A program made the position numbers and the translations under genes. 64,000 bases of DNA from contig CAVZSV010000005.1 in assembly GCA_963778115.1 (NCBI GenBank), positions 352,001 through 416,000 on the forward strand, written 5' to 3'. Origin of the DNA: an uncultured delta proteobacterium. GTDB lineage: Bacteria > Bdellovibrionota > FAC87 > UBA2466. A model generated the notes under the pieces. That model was not told the origin of the DNA. It made no database searches and worked only from the letters and a program-made list of their open reading frames with translations. Positions 19,914-29,984 of this stretch are shown here, one piece after another. Position 1 is the stretch's first letter. Each line of letters begins with the position of its first letter.

Positions 19914-20074
19914 GAGATGAGTTTTGGGGCGCACGTTAAGGAACTGCTCCTATTGGATAAGCATTTTATACAAGCCTACTAAAACTTGCCCCTGGTGTCA
20001 CATAACAGACGTATTTTATCAACCTCGGAAATGAGGAAAGAAGGCTTTACGCAAAATGATTGTCTTCAAAGTCC

Positions 20075-21685
20075 TTAGGGCCTTTGGACCGCGACCATGG
20101 TGGCGGCGAGGTCTCTTTCAATCCGCCTTAACTCGGCCTCATCTTCAAGGATCTTTTCCGGCGGGCCGATCAAGCAGATGTCCACCGCTTCTCGAAGCTC
20201 CCTCGCGTATCCCACTTGCACGATTGAGTAGTTTTGCGAATTCCAAGGAATATTATCAGCCGCAAAGGTGTCAAGATCCTTGATCCGTTTAAGCAGCGCA
20301 GAAGGATCCCCGGCAAATCTCGCGTACTGAGGAGCCATTCTAAAGGCTAACGTCACGATCTTGGCTCCTCCCGCTTTTGTTCGGATCGCCATGTTGTGAA
20401 GGCTGGCGGGGGCCAAACTGCTTCGCAAATTCATCTCACTGGGGCTTACGCTGAAAGCACCGCGGGCAACGAGCGCTGATTCAAAGAAATTATTTCCGCC
20501 GTTGCGCCAATTAGGATCCCCCACGATATAGGGACCATGTCCGGTAGGTAGACCGGTCTTTTTGTCGGCAGGCATATGCACTTCAAAGTGGATTCCCCCC
20601 GCACCATAACGAACCTTGTTTACGTGGCGAGTGATTGCGCGTCTCACGCCTAGATACCTAGGATGGTAGGGGTCGTCGAGAAGATCCGAAATGTACATTT
20701 TGTCATGAGGATCCTTCTCGTAAAGAAATGCCGAAGCGGGTTTAAACCGAATAGGATCTTCCGACTCTGACGTCGTCTCGTCGGAAGGCAAGGTATAGAC
20801 CGCCCCGTCAAAAGCCACTTCCCGCCAAAATAACCCTTCCGGTAGCGGAATGTCGTCAATCATTCGCTCCACTAGAATGCTCGAAACACGGCCGTGCTTA
20901 TTCTCCATTCTCTCCAGATCGGCTATCATCCTCTCCACTTGAGAGGCTTCGCCGAATAGAATACCGTTCATGCCTGAGGAGTTATTCTTTTTTGCAACCA
21001 TTCTACGAGACGGATATCGAAGCGCATATTCCTTGAGATCGGTCTCAAACTGGTCGGGAGTAAATTGATCGGGAAAGATAAGCTCGGCAAGTCGGGCGTC
21101 CTGAATGAATCGGGTCAAGGCTATCTTGGAGGTCATCTCCCACGGAGAGAGAGAGCCGCTGTAACCTTCGTCTCCATACGCCAACCGTAAGGCAATTCCC
21201 CAATCGACACCGTATTCGGCACCTATAATTACTTTAGTCCGACCGTAGGTCGCCCCGTGAATTTGCGGAATCAAAGCGTCCATTCCTTGTTGTAAAGAGT
21301 CCCGCATTGAAACATTGCGATTGTGAGTCGGGAGGTGAAGCGCTTGCACATTTTCAGGCAAGTTAGTGGGAATTTCCGCGGTTGGGGGATAAAGAACGAC
21401 GATGCGAGTATTGGGAGAGAGTAGCCTTCTGGCTTCCGCTAAGAGATTTTTTCCCCCCGACACCGGAGCTGACAAGATGACCGTCCCCACATCGGAAATA
21501 ACACTGGATCCCGCAGAAGCTCCCGCATCTTTAACTGGCCGTGAGCACTCAGATTGAGTTTGCAGAGATGGAGAGACTTTACTCGCATTGCTTCCCGGAG
21601 GAGCCCCGTGAACCGCAATTGCGTTGAGACCTACCCAACCCCAGATGATTAGGAAAAAAGCACGAAGACGCTTAGACGCCATCAA
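20075..21685 (-). CDS. Signal-peptide protein with divergent ATP-grasp fold
   Basis: VAKKNNSSGMNGI, ILVERMI, EVAFDG, GGIHFEV and DPNWRNGG follow the motif order of L-amino-acid-ligase-type ATP-grasps. Confidence 0.6.
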   Translation of the reverse strand: MMASKRLRAFFLIIWGWVGLNAIAVHGAPPGSNASKVSPSLQTQSECSRPVKDAGASAGSSVISDVGTVILSAPVSGGKNLLAEARRLLSPNTRIVVLYPPTAEIPTNLPENVQALHLPTHNRNVSMRDSLQQGMDALIPQIHGATYGRTKVIIGAEYGVDWGIALRLAYGDEGYSGSLSPWEMTSKIALTRFIQDARLAELIFPDQFTPDQFETDLKEYALRYPSRRMVAKKNNSSGMNGILFGEASQVERMIADLERMENKHGRVSSILVERMIDDIPLPEGLFWREVAFDGAVYTLPSDETTSESEDPIRFKPASAFLYEKDPHDKMYISDLLDDPYHPRYLGVRRAITRHVNKVRYGAGGIHFEVHMPADKKTGLPTGHGPYIVGDPNWRNGGNNFFESALVARGAFSVSPSEMNLRSSLAPASLHNMAIRTKAGGAKIVTLAFRMAPQYARFAGDPSALLKRIKDLDTFAADNIPWNSQNYSIVQVGYARELREAVDICLIGPPEKILEDEAELRRIERDLAATMVAVQRP

Positions 21686-21780
21686 TAAATTTCCATCCTT
21701 CCCCCAATAGAAAGAAATTTAATATCATGGTGGTTACACGGAGCGCCATAGAAAAAAAATCAAAACTAAATTTTTGATCC

Positions 21781-21815
21781 TTTCCCCTTTCCCAGGCGAT
21801 ATCTGGCAGGGGAAA
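21781..21815 (-). terminator. Putative terminator hairpin downstream of the L/F-transferase-like gene
   Basis: TTTCCCCT..CCAG...CTGG.AGGGGAAA inverted repeat directly after the stop codon. Confidence 0.45.
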
Positions 21816-21817
21816 CA

Positions 21818-23635
21818 TCATCGTTCCACCAATCTTCCTTCTACAACCGACAATCCCATCGTCCCGAAGAACTCCTGAGCGCTTTCAAGCTTCACCAGTC
21901 GAGAGTCCAGTCCGGCGTTATAGATAAGAACGGACAGCCCTTGAACGACACGGCTAACGGCATCTTCATCGGTCGCGGCCGCTTCTAAATCATTCGGTTT
22001 CCAAGGAATTCGCAATAAATGCGCTCTTGCGGAGTCCATTCGACTTGACGCTAGCCCTCGGTGGATCCCGCGCCCAATAAAATGGTGCTCCAAGAGTTGT
22101 TCAATCGGCAATGAACCGCTTTGCCCATCGGCCAAGTTTCTTGCCAAATGCTGAAGCGGCGCTAACGTCCCTATTGCCGGATCTCGAAACGCCGCCAAAG
22201 TGTCTTCGCCCCAAGGCGACAGTTCAAAAGGCGACTTGCTTTCGGGAACCTTCCATCCCAAAGCAGCAAAGAGTTCCTCGGCATCTTCCGGACGCTGAAT
22301 ATTTACTGGGGGATCCACCGCATAGATATGGGCGTAAAGGCCCTGGTAAATTCTACTGGCCGCGGCATCATCCTTAAGCGCCTTTTTCCCATCATCGGGT
22401 TGCCAGAGTATATTTTTGATTCGTCCCGTGACGGAGGTGAGCCGTCTTTTCATGGCGTCGTCTCTAACAACATCTCGAGGAGGATACGCTAAGTACAGGA
22501 GCAACTCGCGGATACCATACTTCGTATTGAAATCTTTTCCCAAAGTCCTGGCCATCAGTTCCAATCTTCGCAACGTTCCCCGTCTGGGATCTCGAAAACG
22601 CTCCAATTGCTGGGGAGTCATGGTGTAAAGCGCATGCTTCGCAAAGAGCGGCATCAAATTCACTTCACCTTGGGGCAATTGAAGATGCAAATGTTTCGCG
22701 CGCTCGGAATCAATGATGTCCATGTACCGGTTTCGGTCCACCCAAATGCCGCCAAGTATTTGGCTAAGCTTGCCGGCCTTAATCTCTTGCGTATCGACCC
22801 ACTCGTAACCTGCCTTCTCAAGTTCCCACAGGATGGCTATCAATGCCACCATACCGGCCAAGTCTCCTTTGGATTCATGGTGAAAAATGGACCAGCCACT
22901 ATAAACATTGTCGGTTAACGTCCCAAAGGTTCCCCCGACTAATTCTCCCTGGGGATTCCAGACTTCGGTACTTATCGCGTGACCCCGTCGGTAACTCTCT
23001 AGATACGTCTGAATAATCTCCTCGGTCAGCCAAGTGGTCTTAAGTTCAACCTGATTACCACTGGCATCTTGCGCCCAGTACCATCGTTGCTTAAGGACAA
23101 TGTCGTTTCGAAGGTGGGCTGGGGGATATTTGGGGTCATCGGGCTTTGTCGGATCAAACTGGACCTTAACGTATCTTTTCATGGTAGCGCAGGATCGCAA
23201 AACTCTTTCAAAGTCGTGATTGAAGGTGACCCGATAGCCTAGATTTTGAATGGCTTCCTGCAGGTTTCTCCCTCTTTTTTGTCTCACATTGTTCATCGTC
23301 GCTTTGAGATCAAAAACCCCGCGCTTGAGCGGATGTTCCCACTCAGTGCGGGGATGGCCTTCACCGGTTTCCATGTGAGTGTGATAAAGCTGGTAGCCCC
23401 ACCTATCCGCGATTTCGAAGTTCTCGGCGCTGACGGGAATGTGAGTGGCTGCAATAGCAATATCACCCGCGGCATCGACGAAAGCATCAGGATGACGAGG
23501 GTTGGGAAAAGGAGAGCTATCTTTCTCATTCACCCCAATGGCGCATCTACCCTCTGGATTAGTACTGCCGGTAGAAGGGTAGCCCCAACTACAGAAGGTC
23601 AATAGCCCCAGTAGTAACCATTTGCAGAACTTCAC
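21818..23635 (-). CDS. Signal-peptide protein with leucyl/phenylalanyl-tRNA-protein transferase (Aat) domain and a duplicated C-terminal domain
   Basis: VTFNHDFERVLRSCA, TWLTEEII..Y, GHAISTEVW...ELVGG and WVDTQ motifs; AGGAGG SD before GTG. Confidence 0.85.
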   Translation of the reverse strand: MKFCKWLLLGLLTFCSWGYPSTGSTNPEGRCAIGVNEKDSSPFPNPRHPDAFVDAAGDIAIAATHIPVSAENFEIADRWGYQLYHTHMETGEGHPRTEWEHPLKRGVFDLKATMNNVRQKRGRNLQEAIQNLGYRVTFNHDFERVLRSCATMKRYVKVQFDPTKPDDPKYPPAHLRNDIVLKQRWYWAQDASGNQVELKTTWLTEEIIQTYLESYRRGHAISTEVWNPQGELVGGTFGTLTDNVYSGWSIFHHESKGDLAGMVALIAILWELEKAGYEWVDTQEIKAGKLSQILGGIWVDRNRYMDIIDSERAKHLHLQLPQGEVNLMPLFAKHALYTMTPQQLERFRDPRRGTLRRLELMARTLGKDFNTKYGIRELLLYLAYPPRDVVRDDAMKRRLTSVTGRIKNILWQPDDGKKALKDDAAASRIYQGLYAHIYAVDPPVNIQRPEDAEELFAALGWKVPESKSPFELSPWGEDTLAAFRDPAIGTLAPLQHLARNLADGQSGSLPIEQLLEHHFIGRGIHRGLASSRMDSARAHLLRIPWKPNDLEAAATDEDAVSRVVQGLSVLIYNAGLDSRLVKLESAQEFFGTMGLSVVEGRLVER

Positions 23636-23768
23636 TCATAACCTCCTGCGAAACCCCAAAAAATCAGCGTATTTATCGGTGAATAACACAACGCACTATA
23701 CCGCACAAGGCAAACGCTAGCTATTTAGGCTAAATTCTAGGGATTAATGGGCTTTTTCGCGCAGTATC

Positions 23769-24785
23769 TTACCGGTTAGAAAGCTTCTTTTTTGAGGGGG
23801 AAGTGTAGCGAAATAGGGGAGATAGGTTCAGCCCTCCCCGAGGCGAGGGGAGATTAGCGAAAAGAGGATCCTCCGCCGGATGGTCTAAGACGGCCTCCAC
23901 CAGCATCTTTTGCAAAGCCCCTTTCGAGAGACAGACGTATCCGCCGTTATGAGCGCTCTTTCCCCAACTATTTTGAAGGACCACACATTCACGGATGTGA
24001 GACGTTACCAGGTCTCGGGTGAAACGCGCACATAGCCAGTCCTCGGTCGGATGTCGGTCGCAAACACCCACTGCGACCAGCGCATGCAAAGGGACATCCA
24101 CAATGCGTTCTTGATTGAGGTTCCTTTTTCCAACCACAGTGTAGGTTTCAAACGGCTTCTTGAGATAACTCAGATCGATCCCTATCAAAACAGGTTCTCG
24201 TTTTTGGAGCTGCTCGACTACTGCGCGAGTAACGGCCGGAGGCGACATCCCCAAAAGCAAGTAATCGCTAAAAACGTCCCAAGGTCCACTTTCCGCGCCC
24301 GCGCTTTTGCTCCTATATTCGTTGCCTTGATTCTCGGCTCGCCATACCTGAAAATCATGGAAATCGATTTTCACCACGGAATTTCGATAATAAGAGGGAT
24401 CCGGCACTGCCGAATCGTCGGTAGCGCCCCCTTCTTGAGACTCATACGGCATTGCTCCGTACCGATCCACGACGTACATCCACTCTTCAAAGAAAGTTCC
24501 TGTCTGGTTAGCTCCCAAGGCATTTCGGTAGGAAGTTCCCAGAAAATTTACGTCGATAGCGGGCAGGCTAGGGCCCGTATTGCGAGTATTTCCCCAAATC
24601 TCAAGAAAGCAAGCCAAAGAGTAAAGCCCACAGTACGGGCCTTTTTGATCATATATAAATCGCGTGGGGGGAAGGGAGATAGCCGCTTGCGCCAAAGGCA
24701 GTGGTAAAAAATAGGACAGAAAGACAATAAATAATAACGAGCTTGTAAGGTAACAAAGGCTTGAAGAAACTTTGCTTGGTACCAA
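23769..24785 (-). CDS. Secreted papain-like C1 family cysteine peptidase
   Basis: DQKGPYC, HALVAVG, LQNSWG and GY motifs; signal peptide ending AQA; start uncertain. Confidence 0.8.
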   Translation of the reverse strand: MVPSKVSSSLCYLTSSLLFIVFLSYFLPLPLAQAAISLPPTRFIYDQKGPYCGLYSLACFLEIWGNTRNTGPSLPAIDVNFLGTSYRNALGANQTGTFFEEWMYVVDRYGAMPYESQEGGATDDSAVPDPSYYRNSVVKIDFHDFQVWRAENQGNEYRSKSAGAESGPWDVFSDYLLLGMSPPAVTRAVVEQLQKREPVLIGIDLSYLKKPFETYTVVGKRNLNQERIVDVPLHALVAVGVCDRHPTEDWLCARFTRDLVTSHIRECVVLQNSWGKSAHNGGYVCLSKGALQKMLVEAVLDHPAEDPLFANLPSPRGGLNLSPLFRYTSPSKKKLSNR

Positions 24786-24892
24786 CCGAGATCCCCCCTC
24801 GTGTTGTCGCCTATATAAGTGACAAACTATAGAAACGGGGAGTTGCGTCAATACAAAATTATCAAGGATGCTTTTCCAGTCCAAAAAAAAGA

Positions 24893-26041
24893 TCACACGG
24901 GCAGGTCGCAACGGTAACGAATACCGGTCTTTAAGTTTCCTTTTGGTTTAGGGTTTGATTGGGTCCCTTCTTCCTTTTTCTCTCTTGGCTCGACGATGTG
25001 GAGCGCCTTTTCCCACTCGTCAGAAACAGCCTCAATGGCCTGCATCTTTTCGAGGATACCTTTTCTGGTGAGTCTCGAATTTTCCCCGAGCAGAGGACTG
25101 CTAGAGATTCCGGCTGCGACCATTAAAACGGACGAGAGCGTTTCCATATCATTCGCAAATAGAAGGGCCTCTTCTTGCGTGTACTCGGTTTTACTTAATA
25201 GCGCTTGGCGTGTCTTTTTCGTCAGGACAAAAGAACCGTCATCTTGACTGGGTTCGAAGGCTATTTTCATGTGTCTTTCGGCGGCTCCGACGACGAGTAG
25301 GGCACTTTTGACCGAGTCCACCGCAATTAACGAGCCCACTTTCGCAGTGGGCTCGGTTGCAATTGCTTTTTGAAGTTGATCGAGAAGCGAGATTTCAGCA
25401 TTCAGTTTGAGCACGAAAAGAAAATTTCTCAACTCAGAAAACTTCGAATATTCGTTTTGGATATCTCTTAACTCTGCCAGCAGTCCCGTAAGCAATGCAT
25501 TCACGCCTTGGCTATCGGCTTCCTGATTACGCCGGTGGTAGAAATTCAAATCCCAGTAGCTCGTGACCTTGGGAACGTCATTTACCATCATAACCATGTC
25601 TCTAATGACGAGCCCGTGCTTTAAGAGGAACTCCTGTCTATCGCCTAATTTGTCTTTGATGTCTCGAGTCGCCCAGGCTTGAAGCCCCAGGAGGGTCTGG
25701 CTACTTTTCTCGAAATAATCCGCTCTTTCCTCCTCAGCCAAATCCGAATTAGGATCGCCGACTAGGGCCATGGTCTCGCGGCAATAATTATTCAAAACCA
25801 GCATCGCTTTGGATTCTTCCCCCTCCTTGACCCGTCTGAGATCGATAAGGGTCATCCTCGCCGCCCCCCCATTTATTCTTGCCCGGATTAAAGTTAATCC
25901 CGCGACGTCTAGCTCCTTCTCAAGCGCTTGAATCTTTTGAATTGCTGTTTCCGCCGCCAGAGCAGGGGACAGAACATGGGGAAGGGGCACCGTTAAGAAC
26001 AGAGTGAGCACTAAGAAAAGGGGCGAAATTTTTTTAGGCAT
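24893..26041 (-). CDS. Secreted alpha-helical hypothetical protein
   Basis: Signal peptide ending ALA; long helical ORF with no recognised domain. Confidence 0.65.
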   Translation of the reverse strand: MPKKISPLFLVLTLFLTVPLPHVLSPALAAETAIQKIQALEKELDVAGLTLIRARINGGAARMTLIDLRRVKEGEESKAMLVLNNYCRETMALVGDPNSDLAEEERADYFEKSSQTLLGLQAWATRDIKDKLGDRQEFLLKHGLVIRDMVMMVNDVPKVTSYWDLNFYHRRNQEADSQGVNALLTGLLAELRDIQNEYSKFSELRNFLFVLKLNAEISLLDQLQKAIATEPTAKVGSLIAVDSVKSALLVVGAAERHMKIAFEPSQDDGSFVLTKKTRQALLSKTEYTQEEALLFANDMETLSSVLMVAAGISSSPLLGENSRLTRKGILEKMQAIEAVSDEWEKALHIVEPREKKEEGTQSNPKPKGNLKTGIRYRCDLPV

Positions 26042-26284
26042 AATGGAGGCCAGTTATACCGCAATGCATTGCAAGACTTCAATTCGTTTTAGTTCGTACG
26101 GAAGGGAACTTGTTATCGGTGAAGCCGCGAGTGGAATCAGAACCTCTACGACTTTGGCAGGTGACGTTTTACGGCTCTCTAGAACTCAAAGGACGGCGAA
26201 TCTCCACGGTAAGTGGATTTACTATTTTTTTTAAAACTGCTATTATTCGCGTCCCAAATAAAAACGGTTGCTCACGGAGGTAGT

Positions 26285-26683
26285 ATGAAGCTGTGGTTGG
26301 TTTCGTTTTGGCTGTTGTCCCTCGTTGTTGTTGTTTCCTGCGGAAACCATGATGGGAGTAATCCCACCACGGGCTCCTTGGTCTTAGGCTCCATGTCGAT
26401 GGCCCGATACGGCGGGAAGGTCTGTATCCAATATAATGTCGCCGGCACCTACGACAGCAACAAAGTGGACGGCGTTAGGAGCCAACTTCGCTCCCAAGCT
26501 AATTCGATGAACGCCACCTATAGTGAGGCTGCTTGTCCCTCCTCGGGCGCGAGTTCTTCCACTTGCCGTATGACCAAAGCAGCCAGTAGTGGGACCGCAG
26601 AGGGAGTGGTTTACTACTATCAAATTACGGATCAAGCGACAGCTCGATCCGAGTGTTCCGCCATGAACGGCATCTGGCACTAA
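26285..26683 (+). CDS. Small Cys-rich lipoprotein
   Basis: GGAGG SD; lipobox VVSC; C-terminal EC.AMNG.W. Confidence 0.75.
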   Translation: MKLWLVSFWLLSLVVVVSCGNHDGSNPTTGSLVLGSMSMARYGGKVCIQYNVAGTYDSNKVDGVRSQLRSQANSMNATYSEAACPSSGASSSTCRMTKAASSGTAEGVVYYYQITDQATARSECSAMNGIWH

Positions 26684-26877
26684 AGAAGCTTTTAGCCACC
26701 CATTCACTTTTCGGCCAGAAAGTGGATGGGGGCGTCTGTCTCCCAGACGCTGAGACGAAAAACGTCGTTACCCTTCATTGGCTGCCCGACTTTGTCACAT
26801 TTGCCAAGACTCTCTCGCACTTAGTTTATTCCAATCGCATGGCATTGGGTTGCATAGAGGGCGTGGGGAGAGGGTAG

Positions 26878-28452
26878 ATGAGAACGAGCATGGGACCAAA
26901 GTTCAAAGCACATAAAAGAGCGATAGCAATTGTTATGCTACTTCCCATCCTGTTTGGTCTCACCCGATGTGAGCAGCGGCGTAACGATAAAATGATAGGG
27001 CCAATGCCAAAGCGCCTTACCTTCACCGCGACTCCCGTCGGCGAAATAGAGGCTCCCAATTCCCCTTCCGATCTCGATCGCTACGACGTACAGATAGTTC
27101 CCAACCTGACGATCACCAAGAGTGTAGACGTTTTTCGTGCCATGGCCGGAGCCCCTGAACAGCGCCAAGCTATTGGGACGATCCCTTCTGGCGCTGCGAT
27201 TTTCGTCGATCATGGTGTTAAAGTGGATGCTCAGTATCGTTATAGTTTTCTATATGAAGGGGCTGCAGCACCACTACCAGGACAAGATCCCGCCATTCAA
27301 GACGTTGTCGTAGAAATTCCCCGAGACGTCGCCATCACTTCCGACTTCGATATCAGCGAGCATGAAACTACTATGAAAGTGGGCCGCCTTTTTTTGGGCA
27401 AGAACGCTAAGATAAATACGCGTGGTTTGAAGGTTCAGATCTTTGCCAACGAACTGATTAGCCAAGAGGGGGCTCTGATCTATCTCCAAGAACCGCAGAC
27501 CTCCGAAGTGGGGCCGCTTGAGATTTGGGTTAAACAAGGGCGAGGAGACTTAAGTATCGCTCCTGACTACCCCAAGGAGTTATTAACGTCCGCTCCCCAA
27601 CTCACTACCGAGATGTCGGCTAGTGCCGCTGCCGGTACCCAAGAGGTTAGCGTGCACGTGGCGTCCCATACCTCTAGCCTTTCTGTTATTCCTGTTTTGG
27701 GAAAGCCCCCCCAGGAACCTAAGCAAAGAGGCAAGTGGGCTAGCTATCAGCGACCGTTCGTGGTCCAAATCGGAACCTCTCGCCAAGTCGTGTGCGCAGG
27801 AAAGCTGGTATCCACCGAAGAGTACTCTGGCGTCTACGCAAGACCTGTTCCAGGCAGAGACGACCCCTTTTACTATCTCATTACCCCTACTCACGGACAG
27901 TTAGCGACGTTATCGGCAATTGACCCACCCGACCCAGGAAAAACGGGACTGACTTCCGTAGGATGGAGCGTTCATGCCATGGGGCCAATGGAATGTCCCG
28001 AACCCTCAAAGATTATCTTTCCCTTTTTTGGAGATCCCAAAAGTCCCTATGCTCCAAGCTTCGCGCCGGTCGCGCGCTTAAAAGGAACCGAGCCCAATTT
28101 GCCTATGCTAATTAAAACTATCGTAAAGGAGATCCATTATACGGAAGCCCTAGATAGACTAATGGCGGTGGAAGGGCTTTCCGCTGAACTCGATGTACCG
28201 GAATGGGCGGGGGAAGTGGGATATTCGGAGGAGCAGGCTGAACTGCTTCGCGTGCTTTCAGAGAATCCCAGTACGCTTTCGAGCTACCTAAACCGACATC
28301 ACCTCAAAGCGATCCATTTCACGCCGACTCGGCACGCATCGATCCTAGAACGCAACGCCACCCTTTATCTCCCCCCGTTTCCAGCAATCTCTCCGCAGAT
28401 TTTTCTGGATACGTTGGCGAAAGACTCGCTACCGGTCACCTACGCGCGCTAG
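26878..28452 (+). CDS. Putative lipoprotein with Fn3-like N-terminal domain
   Basis: Hydrophobic leader ending LTRC; VFR...FVDHGV....QYRYSF pattern. Confidence 0.55.
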   Translation: MRTSMGPKFKAHKRAIAIVMLLPILFGLTRCEQRRNDKMIGPMPKRLTFTATPVGEIEAPNSPSDLDRYDVQIVPNLTITKSVDVFRAMAGAPEQRQAIGTIPSGAAIFVDHGVKVDAQYRYSFLYEGAAAPLPGQDPAIQDVVVEIPRDVAITSDFDISEHETTMKVGRLFLGKNAKINTRGLKVQIFANELISQEGALIYLQEPQTSEVGPLEIWVKQGRGDLSIAPDYPKELLTSAPQLTTEMSASAAAGTQEVSVHVASHTSSLSVIPVLGKPPQEPKQRGKWASYQRPFVVQIGTSRQVVCAGKLVSTEEYSGVYARPVPGRDDPFYYLITPTHGQLATLSAIDPPDPGKTGLTSVGWSVHAMGPMECPEPSKIIFPFFGDPKSPYAPSFAPVARLKGTEPNLPMLIKTIVKEIHYTEALDRLMAVEGLSAELDVPEWAGEVGYSEEQAELLRVLSENPSTLSSYLNRHHLKAIHFTPTRHASILERNATLYLPPFPAISPQIFLDTLAKDSLPVTYAR

Positions 28453-28456
28453 TACT

Positions 28457-29884
28457 TTATTTCGTAAGCGAAAGAAAGGCATTAATAAGTTCAGGACCGC
28501 AGGGGCCTTGGAGATCGTAGAAATCTGAAATGTAGGTCAATCGCTTTGCTGGATGCAGATCGTCAGTCAAAGACGTGGTGAGCAGATGATTGGGATCGTC
28601 TTTAGACATCCCTATCAGCTCCAATGAGCCGTTGTCATGGTAACGAATCTCTTCGATATCATCGTAACGCAGTGACGGATGTTGCTGGCTTGTGGCTCGC
28701 ACCAAACGCTTTCCTGTCGTGCGATCGTACTTGCTGATAGTCAAAGTTCCCGAACGATCTCCGTCCCAAGTTACCACGGTCATCTCGGTACCGTCAGGAC
28801 TAAGGGCTACCTTTGATTCGAGATGGAAATAGGCCTTCTTCCCGTTAACACTTCTAAAGTGAGTCCTGGTAACTCCACGAAACTCCATAATACCTCGGGA
28901 ATTCTCGTGGCTCGGGGCCGCACCCTCGGCATACAAAAAAGTCTGTTTCTCAGTTCCCATTCCCTTTTCCGCAAACACGATAGCCTTAAGTTGATCGTCC
29001 TCCACGCGAAGGTCTTTAATCGATCCTGACGGACGATCGTCTAACACGTCCCTGATCCCGGTGGGGATGCCAGTCGTATGGGTGAGCCGATCTCCAAAAC
29101 CCACGTCGATTATTCCATGCGGGTTGAGTTTCCCAAAGACGAGATTGTTTTTATCATCCACATCCTTAAGTTCCGCCCCGTAATAGGCAGCGCCATCTTC
29201 TCCCAAGGCTAGTTTCTCAGGCTTGTCTCCGTATCGGTTTAGTACGTTAGGGACAAAGGCGGTTCCTTGAATCTCGCCGTAATGTTCGTCGCAATGGCCG
29301 CTATGATCTAATTTCGTCACAAACAATTTTACCGTCGCCTCTTTCGCCCGGTAAGGGGTGGATATCACTTTGAGTGCAGCCAAAACGTCAACCAACTTTG
29401 GCTTTCTAAATACCTTTTCTGGTAGCTCCCGAGCTAGGGATTGGGGGAAGGGGAGTCCTCCTTCTTCCTGCACCGCGCGGACAAATGTCGTCAACTCCTT
29501 CGCGACCTCCTCAGGTCCGGCTTCCAACCTCAGTTTCGGTCTTGGGGGCTTGGGAGGAGGACTCGCCACTCGCCCTAAGAGAAAAATATTTCCGTGACCA
29601 TCGAACTGGATATCGTTCATCTCGACTTCAGACCAACCATCCAGGTTTTTAAACGAATAAAACCCCTTGTTCGCAAACGAATCGTCAATCGAGGAATCTG
29701 GCCGTAACCGCGCCACCACAGGATAAAAAAGTTCTAGCGCCCCCTGCTTTTCATAAACCTGCATGATGACGTACCGAGTCCCATCGGGAGCCGTTACCGC
29801 TCGAGCCGTCACCGCTGGCTCGGCGGCCCGCGAAGATACGGCGACAATCGCCATAAGAAAGAAAAATGGTTTCTGCCAGAACAT
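28457..29884 (-). CDS. Secreted protein with delta-60-like repeats
   Basis: Signal peptide; repeats VARLRPDSSIDDSF, TKLDHSGHCDEHYG and GKLNPHGIIDVGFG. Confidence 0.6.
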   Translation of the reverse strand: MFWQKPFFFLMAIVAVSSRAAEPAVTARAVTAPDGTRYVIMQVYEKQGALELFYPVVARLRPDSSIDDSFANKGFYSFKNLDGWSEVEMNDIQFDGHGNIFLLGRVASPPPKPPRPKLRLEAGPEEVAKELTTFVRAVQEEGGLPFPQSLARELPEKVFRKPKLVDVLAALKVISTPYRAKEATVKLFVTKLDHSGHCDEHYGEIQGTAFVPNVLNRYGDKPEKLALGEDGAAYYGAELKDVDDKNNLVFGKLNPHGIIDVGFGDRLTHTTGIPTGIRDVLDDRPSGSIKDLRVEDDQLKAIVFAEKGMGTEKQTFLYAEGAAPSHENSRGIMEFRGVTRTHFRSVNGKKAYFHLESKVALSPDGTEMTVVTWDGDRSGTLTISKYDRTTGKRLVRATSQQHPSLRYDDIEEIRYHDNGSLELIGMSKDDPNHLLTTSLTDDLHPAKRLTYISDFYDLQGPCGPELINAFLSLTK

Positions 29885-29984
29885 CTTTAGATGATAACCC
29901 AGGTTAACTCCGCGGGCGAATGATCCACCTAAACAAGCTCGAGCGAACTCTACGCTATAGCCCACAGAACGTTTGAGGGAGTGA

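Noticed and set aside
24051..24707. Long alternative-frame or antisense ORFs (e.g. 24051-24707, 39762-40367, 42009-42608)
   Set aside because: They shadow well-supported genes or repetitive coding sequence and have no motifs of their own.
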